NCBI GenBank assembly: GCA_038245295.1
Contig: JBBRSP010000002.1
Location: 288,001-352,000, forward strand
Source of the DNA: Candidatus Binatia bacterium
Lineage (GTDB): Bacteria > Desulfobacterota > Binatia > HRBIN30
DNA length: 64,000 bases
Reading direction: 5' to 3'
Shown here: piece by piece, positions 48,318 to 59,030 of the stretch
Position numbering within the stretch: position 1 is the first letter of the stretch
How the letters are laid out: each line of letters opens with the position of its first letter
The notes under the pieces: model-generated
Databases searched by the model: none
Told to the model about the DNA's origin: nothing
The model's input: the letters and a program-made list of their open reading frames with translations, nothing else
Position numbers and translations under genes: made by a program

Positions 48318-48453
48318 TTCGCGGCATCGATGAAGCAACCTGGTGCGTCACCGATGCGTGATCCGGGGAACAAATTCAAGTCTGAGGAATACGCCCACCA
48401 CGCCCTACCCCCTCCCGAGCGCCGATGACGAGAGCGCTTTGAGTCTCCCGCCG

Positions 48454-49140
48454 ATGTTGTTAGAAAGAAGCGCCTTGACCTTCCCCGACGATCTATTGGC
48501 CAACAACCGCCGTTGGGCCGAACGCATGAAAACCGGCGATCCGGGTTTCTTCGAACGCTTGGCCCACCTCCAATCTCCGAAGCATCTGTGGATTGGCTGC
48601 GCCGATAGTCGCGTGCCGGCCAGTGAAATCGTCGGCCTGGCGCCGGGTGAGCTGTTCGTGCACCGCAACGTTGGCAACATCGTCGTCCATACCGACCTGA
48701 ACTGCTTGTCGGTGCTGCAGTATGCGATCGATGTGCTGCACATCGAACACATCATGGTCACCGGCCACTATGGCTGTGGCGGCGTGGTCGCCGCCATGGG
48801 TAATCAGGAGCTCGGCCTGATCGACAACTGGTTGCGCGTCATCAAGGACGTCTACCACCAGAACCGCCACATCGTCGACGCGATCGCCGACGAGAGCGAT
48901 CGTATGAACCGCATGTGTGAGCTCAACGTGGCGCAACAGGTCGCCAACGTCTGCCACACCACCATCGTGCAAAACGCCTGGCACCGCGGCGCGCAATTGT
49001 CGGTGCACGGGTTGATCTACGATATTCAAGACGGCCTGCTGCAGGATCTCGGCTTTCGCGTCACCGGCATCGACCAGATCCCGCATATCTACCGAATCGA
49101 GAACCCGACGGATCTGCCGCACCGCCCGGCGCGGCGTTGA
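48454..49140 (+). CDS. can: Beta-class carbonic anhydrase
   Basis: WIGCADSRVP, GELFVHRNVGN, GHYGCGG and LCELNV-like motifs. Start may be TTG 48475. Confidence 0.95.
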   Translation: MLLERSALTFPDDLLANNRRWAERMKTGDPGFFERLAHLQSPKHLWIGCADSRVPASEIVGLAPGELFVHRNVGNIVVHTDLNCLSVLQYAIDVLHIEHIMVTGHYGCGGVVAAMGNQELGLIDNWLRVIKDVYHQNRHIVDAIADESDRMNRMCELNVAQQVANVCHTTIVQNAWHRGAQLSVHGLIYDIQDGLLQDLGFRVTGIDQIPHIYRIENPTDLPHRPARR

Positions 49141-49167
49141 TCGGATCGACGCTTTCTTTGCGCCGGC

Positions 49168-49190
49168 CGCAGGCTAAAGCCTGCGCCTAC
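49168..49190 (-). repeat. GTAG-type REP-like hairpin between convergent genes
   Basis: The minus strand reads GTAGG-CGCAGGC-TTTA-GCCTGCG. Confidence 0.55.
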
Positions 49191-49242
49191 CAGCGCCGCT
49201 CCCGGTGGACTCGATCGGGTAGCCTGCGACGCGCGACTCAGA

Positions 49243-50769
49243 TCATCGAACCACGCCGCCGCCGAGCGCGTTGCTCACCGCACCGATGATCTCATAGATG
49301 CTGATCGCCCCATCGCAATTGGTGTCGGCGATGGCACAAGCCGTGACAGGCTTGATGCCGAGGCTGATGTTCACCAGTGTCAGGAGCTCGTCGACAGTAA
49401 CCTGGCCATTGTCGTCGCAGTCACCAACGTTGTCGCTGGAGCTGGTCGGCGACGCCGAGACGATACGCAGGATACGATCGTCCTCCTCCGCCGGCCGACC
49501 GCGCCCATCACGATTGCTGGTGCTGACGTAAAGGGCGCCGTCCGGTCCTTCGATCACGTCGCGTAGGCGGCCGTAGACTCCATTGAATAAGCGCTCGATG
49601 GCCGTCACCTCGCCGTGTCCGTTGAAGACGACGCGTTGAAGGTGCTGCGCTCCGAGACTGGTGAAGAAGAGGTTTCCGGTCCACGACGCGATCTGCTCCG
49701 ACGAGTAGAAGGTCGCACCGCTCGGTGGAACAGCGCTCGACGGATATGTTAGCAGCGGATCGCGATACAACGGATTGCCGGGCGCGCCGACAACGATAGG
49801 CCACCCGTAGTTGCCTCCGGCGATTATGATGTTCACCTCGTCATAAGCGCCCAGGCCCACCTCACCGGAAGGTCCATGCTCGGTGGCGAACAACGCACCG
49901 CTGCGTGGTTCGAAGGCCAGCCCCTGCGGGTTGCGATTCCCATAGGTGTAGATCAGAGAGTTTGGCCCGAACGGATTGTCGCTCGGCACGCTGCCGTCAG
50001 GGTTCAAGCGCAGGATCTTTCCGGAGAGGGACGTGAGATCCTGGGCGCGGGCGCGTTGAAATCCCTCGCCGGTCGTTGCGTACAGTTTGCCATCGGGGCC
50101 GAATTTGAGTCGGCAACCATCATGGTTGTCGCCGCCCGCAATGTGATCGACGAGAATCTGCTCTTCTCCGCCGTGGCCGTCGATCTCGCGCCAGCGACTG
50201 ATTCGATTCACCGCCTCGTCATTCTCAGAAACCGTGTAACAGACATACGCCCAGCGATCGCTGTCGAAGTTCGGCGACAACGCCAACCCCATCAGCCCGC
50301 CCTCGCCAATCGCCCGCACCGCGATGGTTGCCCACGGTTGCGGGTCAAGCGTTCCATTGCGCACGACGCGGATACGCCCGCGCCGCTCGGTGACGAACAA
50401 TCGCTGGTCGGGCGCAAAGGCCAGCGACCAGGGGACCTCGAGCCCTTTCACCAGCGTGTCGACTCGCACTTCGCTTGGTGTTGCCACGCTGAATTGTGCC
50501 GGCATGTGTGGTGCGCCGCCGACGATGAGGCCGTTGGGCAGAGTTCGGATGACTCCCACAGGCTCCGATGCGTCGACAACTTTCTGGCCGCGCGGGGCAC
50601 AAGGATTTACTTGTGCCGTTGCCGGCAGGCTTGTCGAGGAGAGGAGAAGCCACAGGCAAGCCGACGCGAGTCGGAACCGTCGGGATAGGTCGCGAACCGC
50701 CCCTACAATTCGCGGCGACAAGACGTTGAAGGTTCGCAACGCGAACGATGTGCCAACCACGCGCAACAC
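49243..50769 (-). CDS. PQQ-dependent aldose sugar dehydrogenase (GSDH/YliI family) with C-terminal dockerin-like module
   Basis: PWSLAF, GEGGLMG, HDGCRLKFGPDG, YGNRNPQG, EHGP, NYGWP and GRLRDV motifs; C-terminal GDCDDNGQVTVDEL. Start uncertain. Confidence 0.88.
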   Translation of the reverse strand: MLRVVGTSFALRTFNVLSPRIVGAVRDLSRRFRLASACLWLLLSSTSLPATAQVNPCAPRGQKVVDASEPVGVIRTLPNGLIVGGAPHMPAQFSVATPSEVRVDTLVKGLEVPWSLAFAPDQRLFVTERRGRIRVVRNGTLDPQPWATIAVRAIGEGGLMGLALSPNFDSDRWAYVCYTVSENDEAVNRISRWREIDGHGGEEQILVDHIAGGDNHDGCRLKFGPDGKLYATTGEGFQRARAQDLTSLSGKILRLNPDGSVPSDNPFGPNSLIYTYGNRNPQGLAFEPRSGALFATEHGPSGEVGLGAYDEVNIIIAGGNYGWPIVVGAPGNPLYRDPLLTYPSSAVPPSGATFYSSEQIASWTGNLFFTSLGAQHLQRVVFNGHGEVTAIERLFNGVYGRLRDVIEGPDGALYVSTSNRDGRGRPAEEDDRILRIVSASPTSSSDNVGDCDDNGQVTVDELLTLVNISLGIKPVTACAIADTNCDGAISIYEIIGAVSNALGGGVVR

Positions 50770-50832
50770 ACTTCTCTTTACAGCCGGCCACCGGCTGACG
50801 CCACAGCCTGAATCGCGGGGGACCAGTCGGGA

Positions 50833-53172
50833 CTACTTCACTGTGAGGTGCACCAGGCGCGACGTACCCGGTGACAAGGCGGCCTTGAGCTGGAATGTGT
50901 GCTCGCCGACGCTGAGGGGCCAGCGCGCCGTATAGGGATAGGCGACCGTCGCGAACGGAGCGCCATCTACCCACCATACCGCCTGCTCGATCGGCGGGTC
51001 GACTACGGCACGCAGGGCGATTGTCGAGAACTGTGCCGGGCTGTCGGGATCGCGCATGACATCGGCTCCATGCACGGGCGTGACTATCGTCAGCTTCGGT
51101 GTCTCCGATTCCTGCGGCCCGGTTCGACTCATTAGGGCCGCCGGGCCGTCGTAGCCGGCACTGACGGACCAGGCGGCATAACGCGACGGCAACGTTGTGA
51201 CGGTTCGCACCTGCACGAAGTTGACGGGTGTATCTGCCCCGGCGACCCGGCCGTCTCGTCGATCAACGGCGACGCGCTGGTGCGCCTGGCAATCCTGCAT
51301 CGGCTCATCACCGGGGCGGAACCATTCGACGAACACTTGGCCGCAGGCCGGTGTCGCCCGCATGCCGGTGAGGGCGCAGATGCGTTCGGAGTGATACTGC
51401 GGCGGCGGTTCAAACGGCAGATCATCGAGACCGCCGCGCTGATCATTGTGCAGCGCGAGGAGAATGGATTGTGCCAGGCTCGCCGCCGAGTGAAACGCCG
51501 TGAGCTTGCTCATCGGCCGATGTTTCGGATGCCCCAACCAGACGCCGACGACGTAACGCGTCGAATAGGCCACCGTCAGGGCATCGCGGTACTTCGACGA
51601 TGTGCCCGTCTTCAGCGCCACTGGGAACGGATACTCACTCGGCCCCATGCGCGGAAAGGTTGGCAGGCGGGCCATCGGGTCGGCGAGAAACAAGGTGATC
51701 TGCCGCGCCGTGGCCTGCGACAGAACACGACGCGGGACATCGAGAGGTTGGCTGCGCAACCAGACGAGATCAGACAGCACACCATCACGCGCCAACGCGG
51801 TGTAGGCGTGGACCAGATGTTCGAGCGTCACTGGCAGCGCGCCGATCGCCAGGCCGAGGCCAAGCTCGTGTGGATCCTCAGCGCCGTTGTGCAAGCCGAG
51901 TTGCTGCAAGAAAGCGTAGCCGTCGCTCAAACCGATACGTGCCAGCAACGCGGCCGCCGGCACATTGCGCGAGTTGGCCAGCGCGACACGCGGCAACAAC
52001 GGACCGAGGAACGTTTCGTCGGCGTTGATGATGTCACCACGCGGCCGTTGGATGTCGTCGAGAATCGTCGCCGGGGAGATGGTCCCGCGCTCCAACCCAA
52101 GCGCAAACAGGAACGGCTTCAACGTGCTACCTGGGGAACGATCGATGCGACTGTAGTCGAACGCGCCCGCATGCGCCTTATCGAAGTATCCCGTCGAGCC
52201 GACCGCGGCGCGAACTTCATTGGTGGCGCGGTCGACAACCAGCACCGCGGCGTTGCCAACCCCACGCGATTCCAGCTCCCGCACGGTCTGCTGCGCCAAC
52301 CCCGCGACCATGTTCTGGGTCGGCAGGTCGACGGTCATGTCGGTCGTACCGTTGAGGTCGATGCGCCGCTGCGCGTCGCGAAGCCATCCTTCGACACGCG
52401 CAATCAGGTGCAGGGCGTTGGTCGGGCGCGGTGGTAGCGGCGGAATTTGCAGCCGCGTCAGTTGCACTCTGGCCAACTCGAACGCGTCCTGATCCATCTT
52501 GCCGGCATCGAACAAGGCGCGCAGGATCCGTTGCCCGCGCTCTCTGGCGCGCTGGAGGCCCGTGGTCGTGTAAGGGTCACTGCGAGCCGGAGCCTGCGGT
52601 AGTGCTGTTAGAAAAGCGGTCTCGGCCCAACTCAAGTCGTCGACCGGTTTGTTGAGATAACGCCGCGCCGCATAGGCGATGCCGTGGATTCGATGACCAT
52701 ACGGCGCCAGGCGCAGGTACTGAGCCAGGACAGCCTCGCGTCCATAGGTGATGGTCAGCAACAGCGCCGTCGTCGCTTCACTGAGCTTGCGAAGATACGT
52801 CCGCGAACCTGGGCGTTGCATGCGGGCGACCTGCATGGCAATCGTCGAGGCCCCCGAAAGGCGGCGCCCGCTGCGCCAGTTTTCCGTCAGGGCTCGCCCC
52901 ACGGCGACCGGATCAATGCCGGGATGCCGGAGGAAGCGCCGGTCCTCGACCAACAACGTCGCCGCGACGACGCGTGGAGGCAGCTGACGCATGGCCCAGT
53001 AGCCCAGCTCGAGCTCGGGTCGAGCCGCGACCTCGCCGAGAAAGGCTCCCTGACGATCGCGCAGGTAGACCGAGGCCGGTGGCGACACGAGACGATCGTG
53101 TGTGGCAACGAACCAAACGCCGCATGCGACAAGCACAGGCACCACCACGGCGCCCCATCTCGACCGTTGCAT
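50833..53172 (-). CDS. pbpC: Penicillin-binding protein 1C
   Basis: EDRRF, GASTIAMQVAR, SPGSTLKP, SRN and KTGT motifs; C-terminal PBP1C domain; lies directly after the A2M gene. Confidence 0.92.
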   Translation of the reverse strand: MQRSRWGAVVVPVLVACGVWFVATHDRLVSPPASVYLRDRQGAFLGEVAARPELELGYWAMRQLPPRVVAATLLVEDRRFLRHPGIDPVAVGRALTENWRSGRRLSGASTIAMQVARMQRPGSRTYLRKLSEATTALLLTITYGREAVLAQYLRLAPYGHRIHGIAYAARRYLNKPVDDLSWAETAFLTALPQAPARSDPYTTTGLQRARERGQRILRALFDAGKMDQDAFELARVQLTRLQIPPLPPRPTNALHLIARVEGWLRDAQRRIDLNGTTDMTVDLPTQNMVAGLAQQTVRELESRGVGNAAVLVVDRATNEVRAAVGSTGYFDKAHAGAFDYSRIDRSPGSTLKPFLFALGLERGTISPATILDDIQRPRGDIINADETFLGPLLPRVALANSRNVPAAALLARIGLSDGYAFLQQLGLHNGAEDPHELGLGLAIGALPVTLEHLVHAYTALARDGVLSDLVWLRSQPLDVPRRVLSQATARQITLFLADPMARLPTFPRMGPSEYPFPVALKTGTSSKYRDALTVAYSTRYVVGVWLGHPKHRPMSKLTAFHSAASLAQSILLALHNDQRGGLDDLPFEPPPQYHSERICALTGMRATPACGQVFVEWFRPGDEPMQDCQAHQRVAVDRRDGRVAGADTPVNFVQVRTVTTLPSRYAAWSVSAGYDGPAALMSRTGPQESETPKLTIVTPVHGADVMRDPDSPAQFSTIALRAVVDPPIEQAVWWVDGAPFATVAYPYTARWPLSVGEHTFQLKAALSPGTSRLVHLTVK

Positions 53173-53185
53173 CAGCACGCCGGGC

Positions 53186-56100
53186 TCACTGTCGTTCGAT
53201 CTCGATGCGGGCGCCGGCCGAGTTGCCGCGCACGCTGCCGTCGTACATCAACTCGGCGAAGGCAGCGGGCTGAATGAACTTGCCGGCTGTCGTCGCCCGC
53301 GTGCGCACGTAGAAGTCGTACGTTCCCTTGGGCAATTCGTCGTAATAGAAGGCTGCCCGGTCATCGAGAAACATCACATACGTTGGGGTCAACGTCGTCT
53401 GCCCGCTCGGCTTGGCCGCCGCCGGGGCGGTGGCGAGATTCGGATTGAGCGGTTCGACGCCGGCGGCGAACGGCAGAACGACCGCCACGGAGTGATGGTC
53501 CAGCGGATTGACGAGTTGCAGGTGCTCCTCAACGACATCGCCGATCACCAGCTTGGCCGTCATCCCAGCGCTGCTCAGCGCGATGCGTTCGGGTGGGATT
53601 GTCTCATCGACAGCCACGCGCTGCAGTTCACGGCTGACGACGAAGCCGCCTGCCACTGGGCTGACCTGACTTCCATCCGCCGCTGGGATGTATGAGATCT
53701 CGGCTCGGGCGATGACCGGCGGCGAGGTCGCATCTCCCGTCGATGTGATTGTGCCGTTGCCGCTCGACGTGCCCAGCCATTGCGTCAATGGCGCCTGCGG
53801 TCCGATTGCCAACGTGCTGTCTCCGTCGTCGTCCAGGTGCAGCGCGATTGTGTGCGGACTGCTGCCCGCAAACGGCGGCTCCAGAACCGCGGCCAGGGCG
53901 CTGAGCGCCGCCGCGTTGGCATTGGTCGAGCCCCAGCCATCGCCACGTCCGAGTGCGACCAGGGCGTTGACCAACAATGGCAGGCGTTTCGCGCCGCCCT
54001 CGGTGCGGGCAATCGCGCGCGTTACTTCGGCCAAGGTCCGCGTTTCACTCGGCAAGACCTTTGGATTGATATCGTCCAGATTGTGCTGCAGCCCACCGTA
54101 GACCTCGTGGCCCTGATACAAACGGATCGTTAGTCCGTCCCACAGCTTCTGAATCAGTCCGTCGAGAGTCGATGACTTGTCACCCGTTGCGGCAAGGGCC
54201 TGGGCGATTTGTGCTGTGGCCTCCAGGTTGAGGAATTGCGACCGCCGCGCCAGTTCCGCCGTGTAGGCCGTGTCGGCACGGCCGGCCGCCGTCAACGCAC
54301 TCAGAGCCCAGGCGCGTTCCAGAAAGGCCTCGCCACGGACGAAGTGACTGTAGTCGGAACGCAGCGCCGCATTGAGCGAGCCGATCAAGCGCTCGTACAG
54401 GGGCGCCTCGATCGTGTAGCCGGCCGCCTTCGCTTCGGTAAGGAACTGCACCGACCAGGCGGTGAGGCTGACGCTTCCCTGCGTTCCCGGCCAGAAGGCA
54501 CACAAGCCGTTGTCGTCGACCACCTGCGGCAGCCAGGCGACGAAGTCGTTCACTGGTTTGTCGGCGTGCTCCGGCGAGTCCTGCTCCTTCAGCAAACGGC
54601 GAAACTGTTTGAGGGCCACGTGCACCCGCGCCTGGCTCAAGCGCTGTTCGGTGCAGCTGTGTGGATAGTGGCGCATGAAGTCGAGTCCCGCCGCCATGCG
54701 CACCAGGGCCGGCTGATCGGAGACGATGAGACTGCGACGTACGGTGCCGGGACGGGCTTCCTCGGTGAGTGCCGGCAACGTTGCGGCGATGCCTGGTTGA
54801 AGATCAAGCAGCACCCGCAAGGCGACACGGTCTCGATCGTCGCGGATCGGCAGCTCGACTTCGACGGCGTCGCCGGCCTTGTCGGCGATACGTTGGGTCG
54901 CCACTTTCACGGTCATGGTATCGCGACTCAGCTTGCAGTCGGCTGTGTAGGGCGGCGTTGCGACCTCGATCGGAAACTCGACGCGCGATGGTTCGGTGAG
55001 TGACAAGGTGATCTGCGGTTCGACCCCGGGCACCGCAGTGCCATCGATCCACGCGCCGACACGCGCGGCACCGGCATCACCTTCGACGACTCGACTAATC
55101 ACGGCGGCGGTAAAGCTGTCGCCAGGACGAACGAAACGCGGCATCGCTGCCTGCGAAACAACCGGCTTGCGCACGGCGATGTTGCCGGTGGCGAAGCCGA
55201 AGCGATCTCCGCCGCTCACGGCTTTCGCGCGAATCTTGAAATTGGTCAGATTGTCCGGCAGCTCGACCGTAACTGTGGCAACACCATCGTTACCGACGAG
55301 GATCGACGGGTTCCAATAGGGCACCGGCTTGAAGCTACGCCGCACCGTCATCTTGTCGAACGGCGCTGCCTCTTCGCCTTCGCCTCCGGAGCCGCCGGGG
55401 CTGTCGGCAAACGGAATCCAGCCGAAGACCATGTTGCGCGTATCGTGCATGCTGAAGAAGGACTGCGGATTGGTGATGAAGTCCGGCAGCGGGTCGAGGC
55501 GTTGCTCTTTGCCCAGCGCCAGCACGGCTTGATCGACGAGCCACAGAGTTACTTCGCCGCCCAGCGGTTTGGCGTGCGCATCACGAAGACGAATCGTGAT
55601 CGGTACCTTGTCGCGCGGCAGGGCTTTCTCGGCATACTCGAGTCCGATCTGCAGGCGATGCTCGGTTGGCTCGACCGACACCCATGACGTCGCCGCCATC
55701 GTCGTCGGCCGGCCCAGATCAATCTGATCGGTGGGAGCGTTGGCTTCCGCCAGCCGGCCACGCATCAACACGAAGTGCACCGGAACGCGCGGTACGAAGT
55801 TCTTGCTGATCTTGAGCGGGTAGGTGGCGCTGCCGCCTTTGACGTCGAGCCATTCGTAGTGATTGCCGTCGGGCGCTTCGACGACGACCAGGGCGTGTGC
55901 TTCCTGGAATGGACTCTTCAGCACCATCTGCGCCGTCTCGCCGGGATTATAGGTGGGCTTGTCGGTCGCCACGTCGAACACACGTGTCGCCGGTTTGTTC
56001 CAGCTCACCGGTTCGTCACCAGCGGCATAGAGATCGACGGAAACGATCTGCGAGCGATTGAGTTTGTCGCGCGCTTCGAGCTGCACGATGTAAACCCCCG

Positions 56101-59029
56101 GATGGTCGATCGGCAGGCTCAAGCCCTTGGCCGCCGCTTCACTGGTGAATGTGGTTTCGCTCACCTTCTCGTCGACGATCTCGGTGACGTAGCGCGCCGT
56201 GCCGTCGGTGAAGTCACTGGCGCGCAGGTGCGAGTGCCACTGGCGTGACAACAGGCGAACCGTGACCTCGACTCCCGTGACGAGCTCGCCGTTCGGCCCG
56301 ACGACGATCGCCTCGGGTTCGATGGCGTGCACCTTTTCGATGTAACGCGGCGCCTTGATGCCGAGCACGAACGGCGGCAGGGCCAGGACGTGTTTGGTGT
56401 TGGTGACGGTTTGATCATCGGCGCCGGTGACGGTTGCTTCTACGATGTAGCGTCGTGGCTGCGCCGACGGTTCGATCGCCGGGTTGAGCGTCAGCTCCGA
56501 GGCGCCGCTGTCATCCGTGACGTCGTCGCGCTCTAGCTTTGGCGTCGAGTCGAACTTGCCGTTGCCGCTGAAGCGGGAGTCCGACGAGTAGACGAAGCCT
56601 GGTTTGGCCGATGGGCTCCAGACATAGGGGAACTGGGTGACCCGCCAGCTGATCGGCCGACGGCTGACGCTGCCTCCCGCATAATACTGCGCTAGCAGTT
56701 TGACGTTGAACTCCTGATCGAGCGGCACCTTCTCCGGCGCGTTCAACTGCACCTCGAAGGTTGGAATGCGATACGCCTCGACACGGAAGCGCACCTCACC
56801 GAAGCTCTCTTCCTTCTTGTTCTCCAGGTGCGCCTTGTATTCGCCCGTCGGTAGGTTGGCTTGCTGGAAGACGGTATCGAAGCTTCCGTACGCGGACAGC
56901 GTGACAGGCAGGCGCCAGACATTGTCCTCGCCCGGTCCGTTCACCACCAGGGTCGGCGTATCGACGCTCTTGACTCGGAGCTCGCCGGCGGCGCGCTCGC
57001 GTAGATATCCCTTCAGGTAGATCTCTTCCTGGGGCCGATACACCGGTCGCTCGCTGAACAGATGACAGAGGAGCTCGGGTTTTGGTCCGCGATCCGTCAA
57101 CGGTTCGAAGGCCCACTGCAACCACGTCGCGGCACTCGGCGCCCAGTGATTGTCGGCGTACTGATCGGGCGCATGTTCGGGATCGAGGACGAGCACGTCG
57201 CGATCCTTGCGCACGACAATGCGGCGCATGCGCGGTGAGAGGTTGCCGACCTCGCCGGGCGCGCGCCACGACCAGGCGCCGCTATCGTCCGTGGTACCGC
57301 TGGCCAGCGACTTCCATTCCTTGTCGTAGATCCCCTGCAGATCAACTGTGGCGCCGCGCACCGGCATGGCGCTGGCCAGCGATGTGACGACGACGCGCAC
57401 GGCGTGTGGCTCTTCGAGTGTGCTCAGGCTGAGGTCGGTTGTTTGCAAACGCATCCACGAGCGCTGGTTGGAGCGGTCGAGTTGGCGCGCGCCGACCAGA
57501 TAGTGCCCCGGCGCATGGGCACCGCTGAGATGCGTCAGTGGCGCTGCCACATCGAGGCCGAATGTCGCGGCACTGCCGCCGCGGCGCAGCGGCAAAGGGA
57601 CGATCTGCGAAAACGGTGGCGCCCCGAGCATTTGGATGAAGCCGGGCAAGGCGGTCGTCGACACATTCTGGAGGCTGGTGTGTGGCGTTGGTTCTTCACC
57701 GGGCCCGGGCGGACGTTGTGATTCGTCGACGAAGACCGGCGACGCCGGGAAAGGCCACAGCGAGCGATCGAGTGGATCGATCGAGTAGACTCGCAGATCA
57801 ACGCGGTCCTCGCCTCGGCCACTCAGCGGCAGGCTCTGTGGACCGAAGCGTTCGATGATTCCCGACGCGACGCCCCAACGTAGAAACTCCTCACGATGTG
57901 GAAAGAAAAAGTGCAACGAGCTCTCGCCGCGGAGATCGAGTGGACGACCGGCCTCGTCGCTGATCGTCGTCGGCTGCAGGCTCAGCTTGTAGATCTGATC
58001 GGCCGAGAAGGTGCCGCGTACGAGCAGTGTATTGCCACTGAGCTCGAAGGTCAGATTGTCGACCGGGGGCGTGATGTGCACGAGGTTGCGCGCGACGACC
58101 GGCCCGAGCTCTAGCGGCTTCGACGAGAAGTCGATCATCAACTCACGCGACCCGCCGCCGCAATCGAGGGCCTGCGCTGCATCGTATACCGATCCGTCTT
58201 GTGAAATCGGGTAGCTGTGTTTCCCGAACTGCTGGCGGCGCTGGTACTGATTCTGCGTGTCGCCGTTCACCGACCGGCAACCGGTTTCGACAATGCGGAA
58301 TGGCTCCGCCGTGGAGAAGCTCAGGCGCGCGAACGAGTCGCTGGCGCGATCGTCGAGCGAAAGCCGCAGGTGAGCCGTTGCCTGTGTACCCAGCGGAATC
58401 TCGCGGTGCAGATGCACGACATACGTGGCCGGGTCGTTCGGCGAGTGCCGCTCCATCGTCTTGATCTCAAAGTCGTCGCGCGTCAGCCAGCGCGAATTGC
58501 GCGCATCGACGCCGGGGACCGGACGCAGCTCGAGGGTCAGCATGCGCACGAGCGATTCAACCTCGAGTGGTTCGGCAAAGGTGAGCGAGATGGTGTCGAG
58601 CCGCATTAGCCCGATGGCATTGTCCGGCGGCACGGTGGTCGTCGGCGCCGACATCAGTGTGATCAACGTGAACGCCTGGCCGTTTACCGTCCAGGAAACT
58701 CGCGCCAGGGGCGGCCACGGAATGGCCGGCTTGAACTGCAGCGTCTGCGCATCGAGCCAGGTGAAGGCACCGGGGTGCCGCGGCTGAATCTTGAGCAGAC
58801 GCTCGGGGTGATCCTCGGGCCCCGGCTTCTTGGGGCCAACCGACTTGTCGAAGAAGATCGTGACCGGATCCCAACGACGCAGGAAGTGATCGGGGATGAT
58901 CGTCGTGCCTGTGGCGGCGGCGGGGCGCTGGGAGACCGCCGTGGAATCCGTGGCGCGCGCTGTTCCGGTGGCGCATGCCAGGAGGCAGAGCAGGGCGGCG
59001 AGAGTCGAGCGGCGCGGACGCGAGTCCAT
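53186..59029 (-). CDS. Bacterial alpha-2-macroglobulin family protein (~1950 aa)
   Basis: Signal peptide, ERPVYRP, LVDQAVL, LPDNLT, PRFVRPGD, thioester YPHSCTEQ (54644-54655) and AELMY motifs. GAGGA RBS before ATG 59029. Confidence 0.92.
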   Translation of the reverse strand: MDSRPRRSTLAALLCLLACATGTARATDSTAVSQRPAAATGTTIIPDHFLRRWDPVTIFFDKSVGPKKPGPEDHPERLLKIQPRHPGAFTWLDAQTLQFKPAIPWPPLARVSWTVNGQAFTLITLMSAPTTTVPPDNAIGLMRLDTISLTFAEPLEVESLVRMLTLELRPVPGVDARNSRWLTRDDFEIKTMERHSPNDPATYVVHLHREIPLGTQATAHLRLSLDDRASDSFARLSFSTAEPFRIVETGCRSVNGDTQNQYQRRQQFGKHSYPISQDGSVYDAAQALDCGGGSRELMIDFSSKPLELGPVVARNLVHITPPVDNLTFELSGNTLLVRGTFSADQIYKLSLQPTTISDEAGRPLDLRGESSLHFFFPHREEFLRWGVASGIIERFGPQSLPLSGRGEDRVDLRVYSIDPLDRSLWPFPASPVFVDESQRPPGPGEEPTPHTSLQNVSTTALPGFIQMLGAPPFSQIVPLPLRRGGSAATFGLDVAAPLTHLSGAHAPGHYLVGARQLDRSNQRSWMRLQTTDLSLSTLEEPHAVRVVVTSLASAMPVRGATVDLQGIYDKEWKSLASGTTDDSGAWSWRAPGEVGNLSPRMRRIVVRKDRDVLVLDPEHAPDQYADNHWAPSAATWLQWAFEPLTDRGPKPELLCHLFSERPVYRPQEEIYLKGYLRERAAGELRVKSVDTPTLVVNGPGEDNVWRLPVTLSAYGSFDTVFQQANLPTGEYKAHLENKKEESFGEVRFRVEAYRIPTFEVQLNAPEKVPLDQEFNVKLLAQYYAGGSVSRRPISWRVTQFPYVWSPSAKPGFVYSSDSRFSGNGKFDSTPKLERDDVTDDSGASELTLNPAIEPSAQPRRYIVEATVTGADDQTVTNTKHVLALPPFVLGIKAPRYIEKVHAIEPEAIVVGPNGELVTGVEVTVRLLSRQWHSHLRASDFTDGTARYVTEIVDEKVSETTFTSEAAAKGLSLPIDHPGVYIVQLEARDKLNRSQIVSVDLYAAGDEPVSWNKPATRVFDVATDKPTYNPGETAQMVLKSPFQEAHALVVVEAPDGNHYEWLDVKGGSATYPLKISKNFVPRVPVHFVLMRGRLAEANAPTDQIDLGRPTTMAATSWVSVEPTEHRLQIGLEYAEKALPRDKVPITIRLRDAHAKPLGGEVTLWLVDQAVLALGKEQRLDPLPDFITNPQSFFSMHDTRNMVFGWIPFADSPGGSGGEGEEAAPFDKMTVRRSFKPVPYWNPSILVGNDGVATVTVELPDNLTNFKIRAKAVSGGDRFGFATGNIAVRKPVVSQAAMPRFVRPGDSFTAAVISRVVEGDAGAARVGAWIDGTAVPGVEPQITLSLTEPSRVEFPIEVATPPYTADCKLSRDTMTVKVATQRIADKAGDAVEVELPIRDDRDRVALRVLLDLQPGIAATLPALTEEARPGTVRRSLIVSDQPALVRMAAGLDFMRHYPHSCTEQRLSQARVHVALKQFRRLLKEQDSPEHADKPVNDFVAWLPQVVDDNGLCAFWPGTQGSVSLTAWSVQFLTEAKAAGYTIEAPLYERLIGSLNAALRSDYSHFVRGEAFLERAWALSALTAAGRADTAYTAELARRSQFLNLEATAQIAQALAATGDKSSTLDGLIQKLWDGLTIRLYQGHEVYGGLQHNLDDINPKVLPSETRTLAEVTRAIARTEGGAKRLPLLVNALVALGRGDGWGSTNANAAALSALAAVLEPPFAGSSPHTIALHLDDDGDSTLAIGPQAPLTQWLGTSSGNGTITSTGDATSPPVIARAEISYIPAADGSQVSPVAGGFVVSRELQRVAVDETIPPERIALSSAGMTAKLVIGDVVEEHLQLVNPLDHHSVAVVLPFAAGVEPLNPNLATAPAAAKPSGQTTLTPTYVMFLDDRAAFYYDELPKGTYDFYVRTRATTAGKFIQPAAFAELMYDGSVRGNSAGARIEIERQ

Positions 59030-59030
59030 T

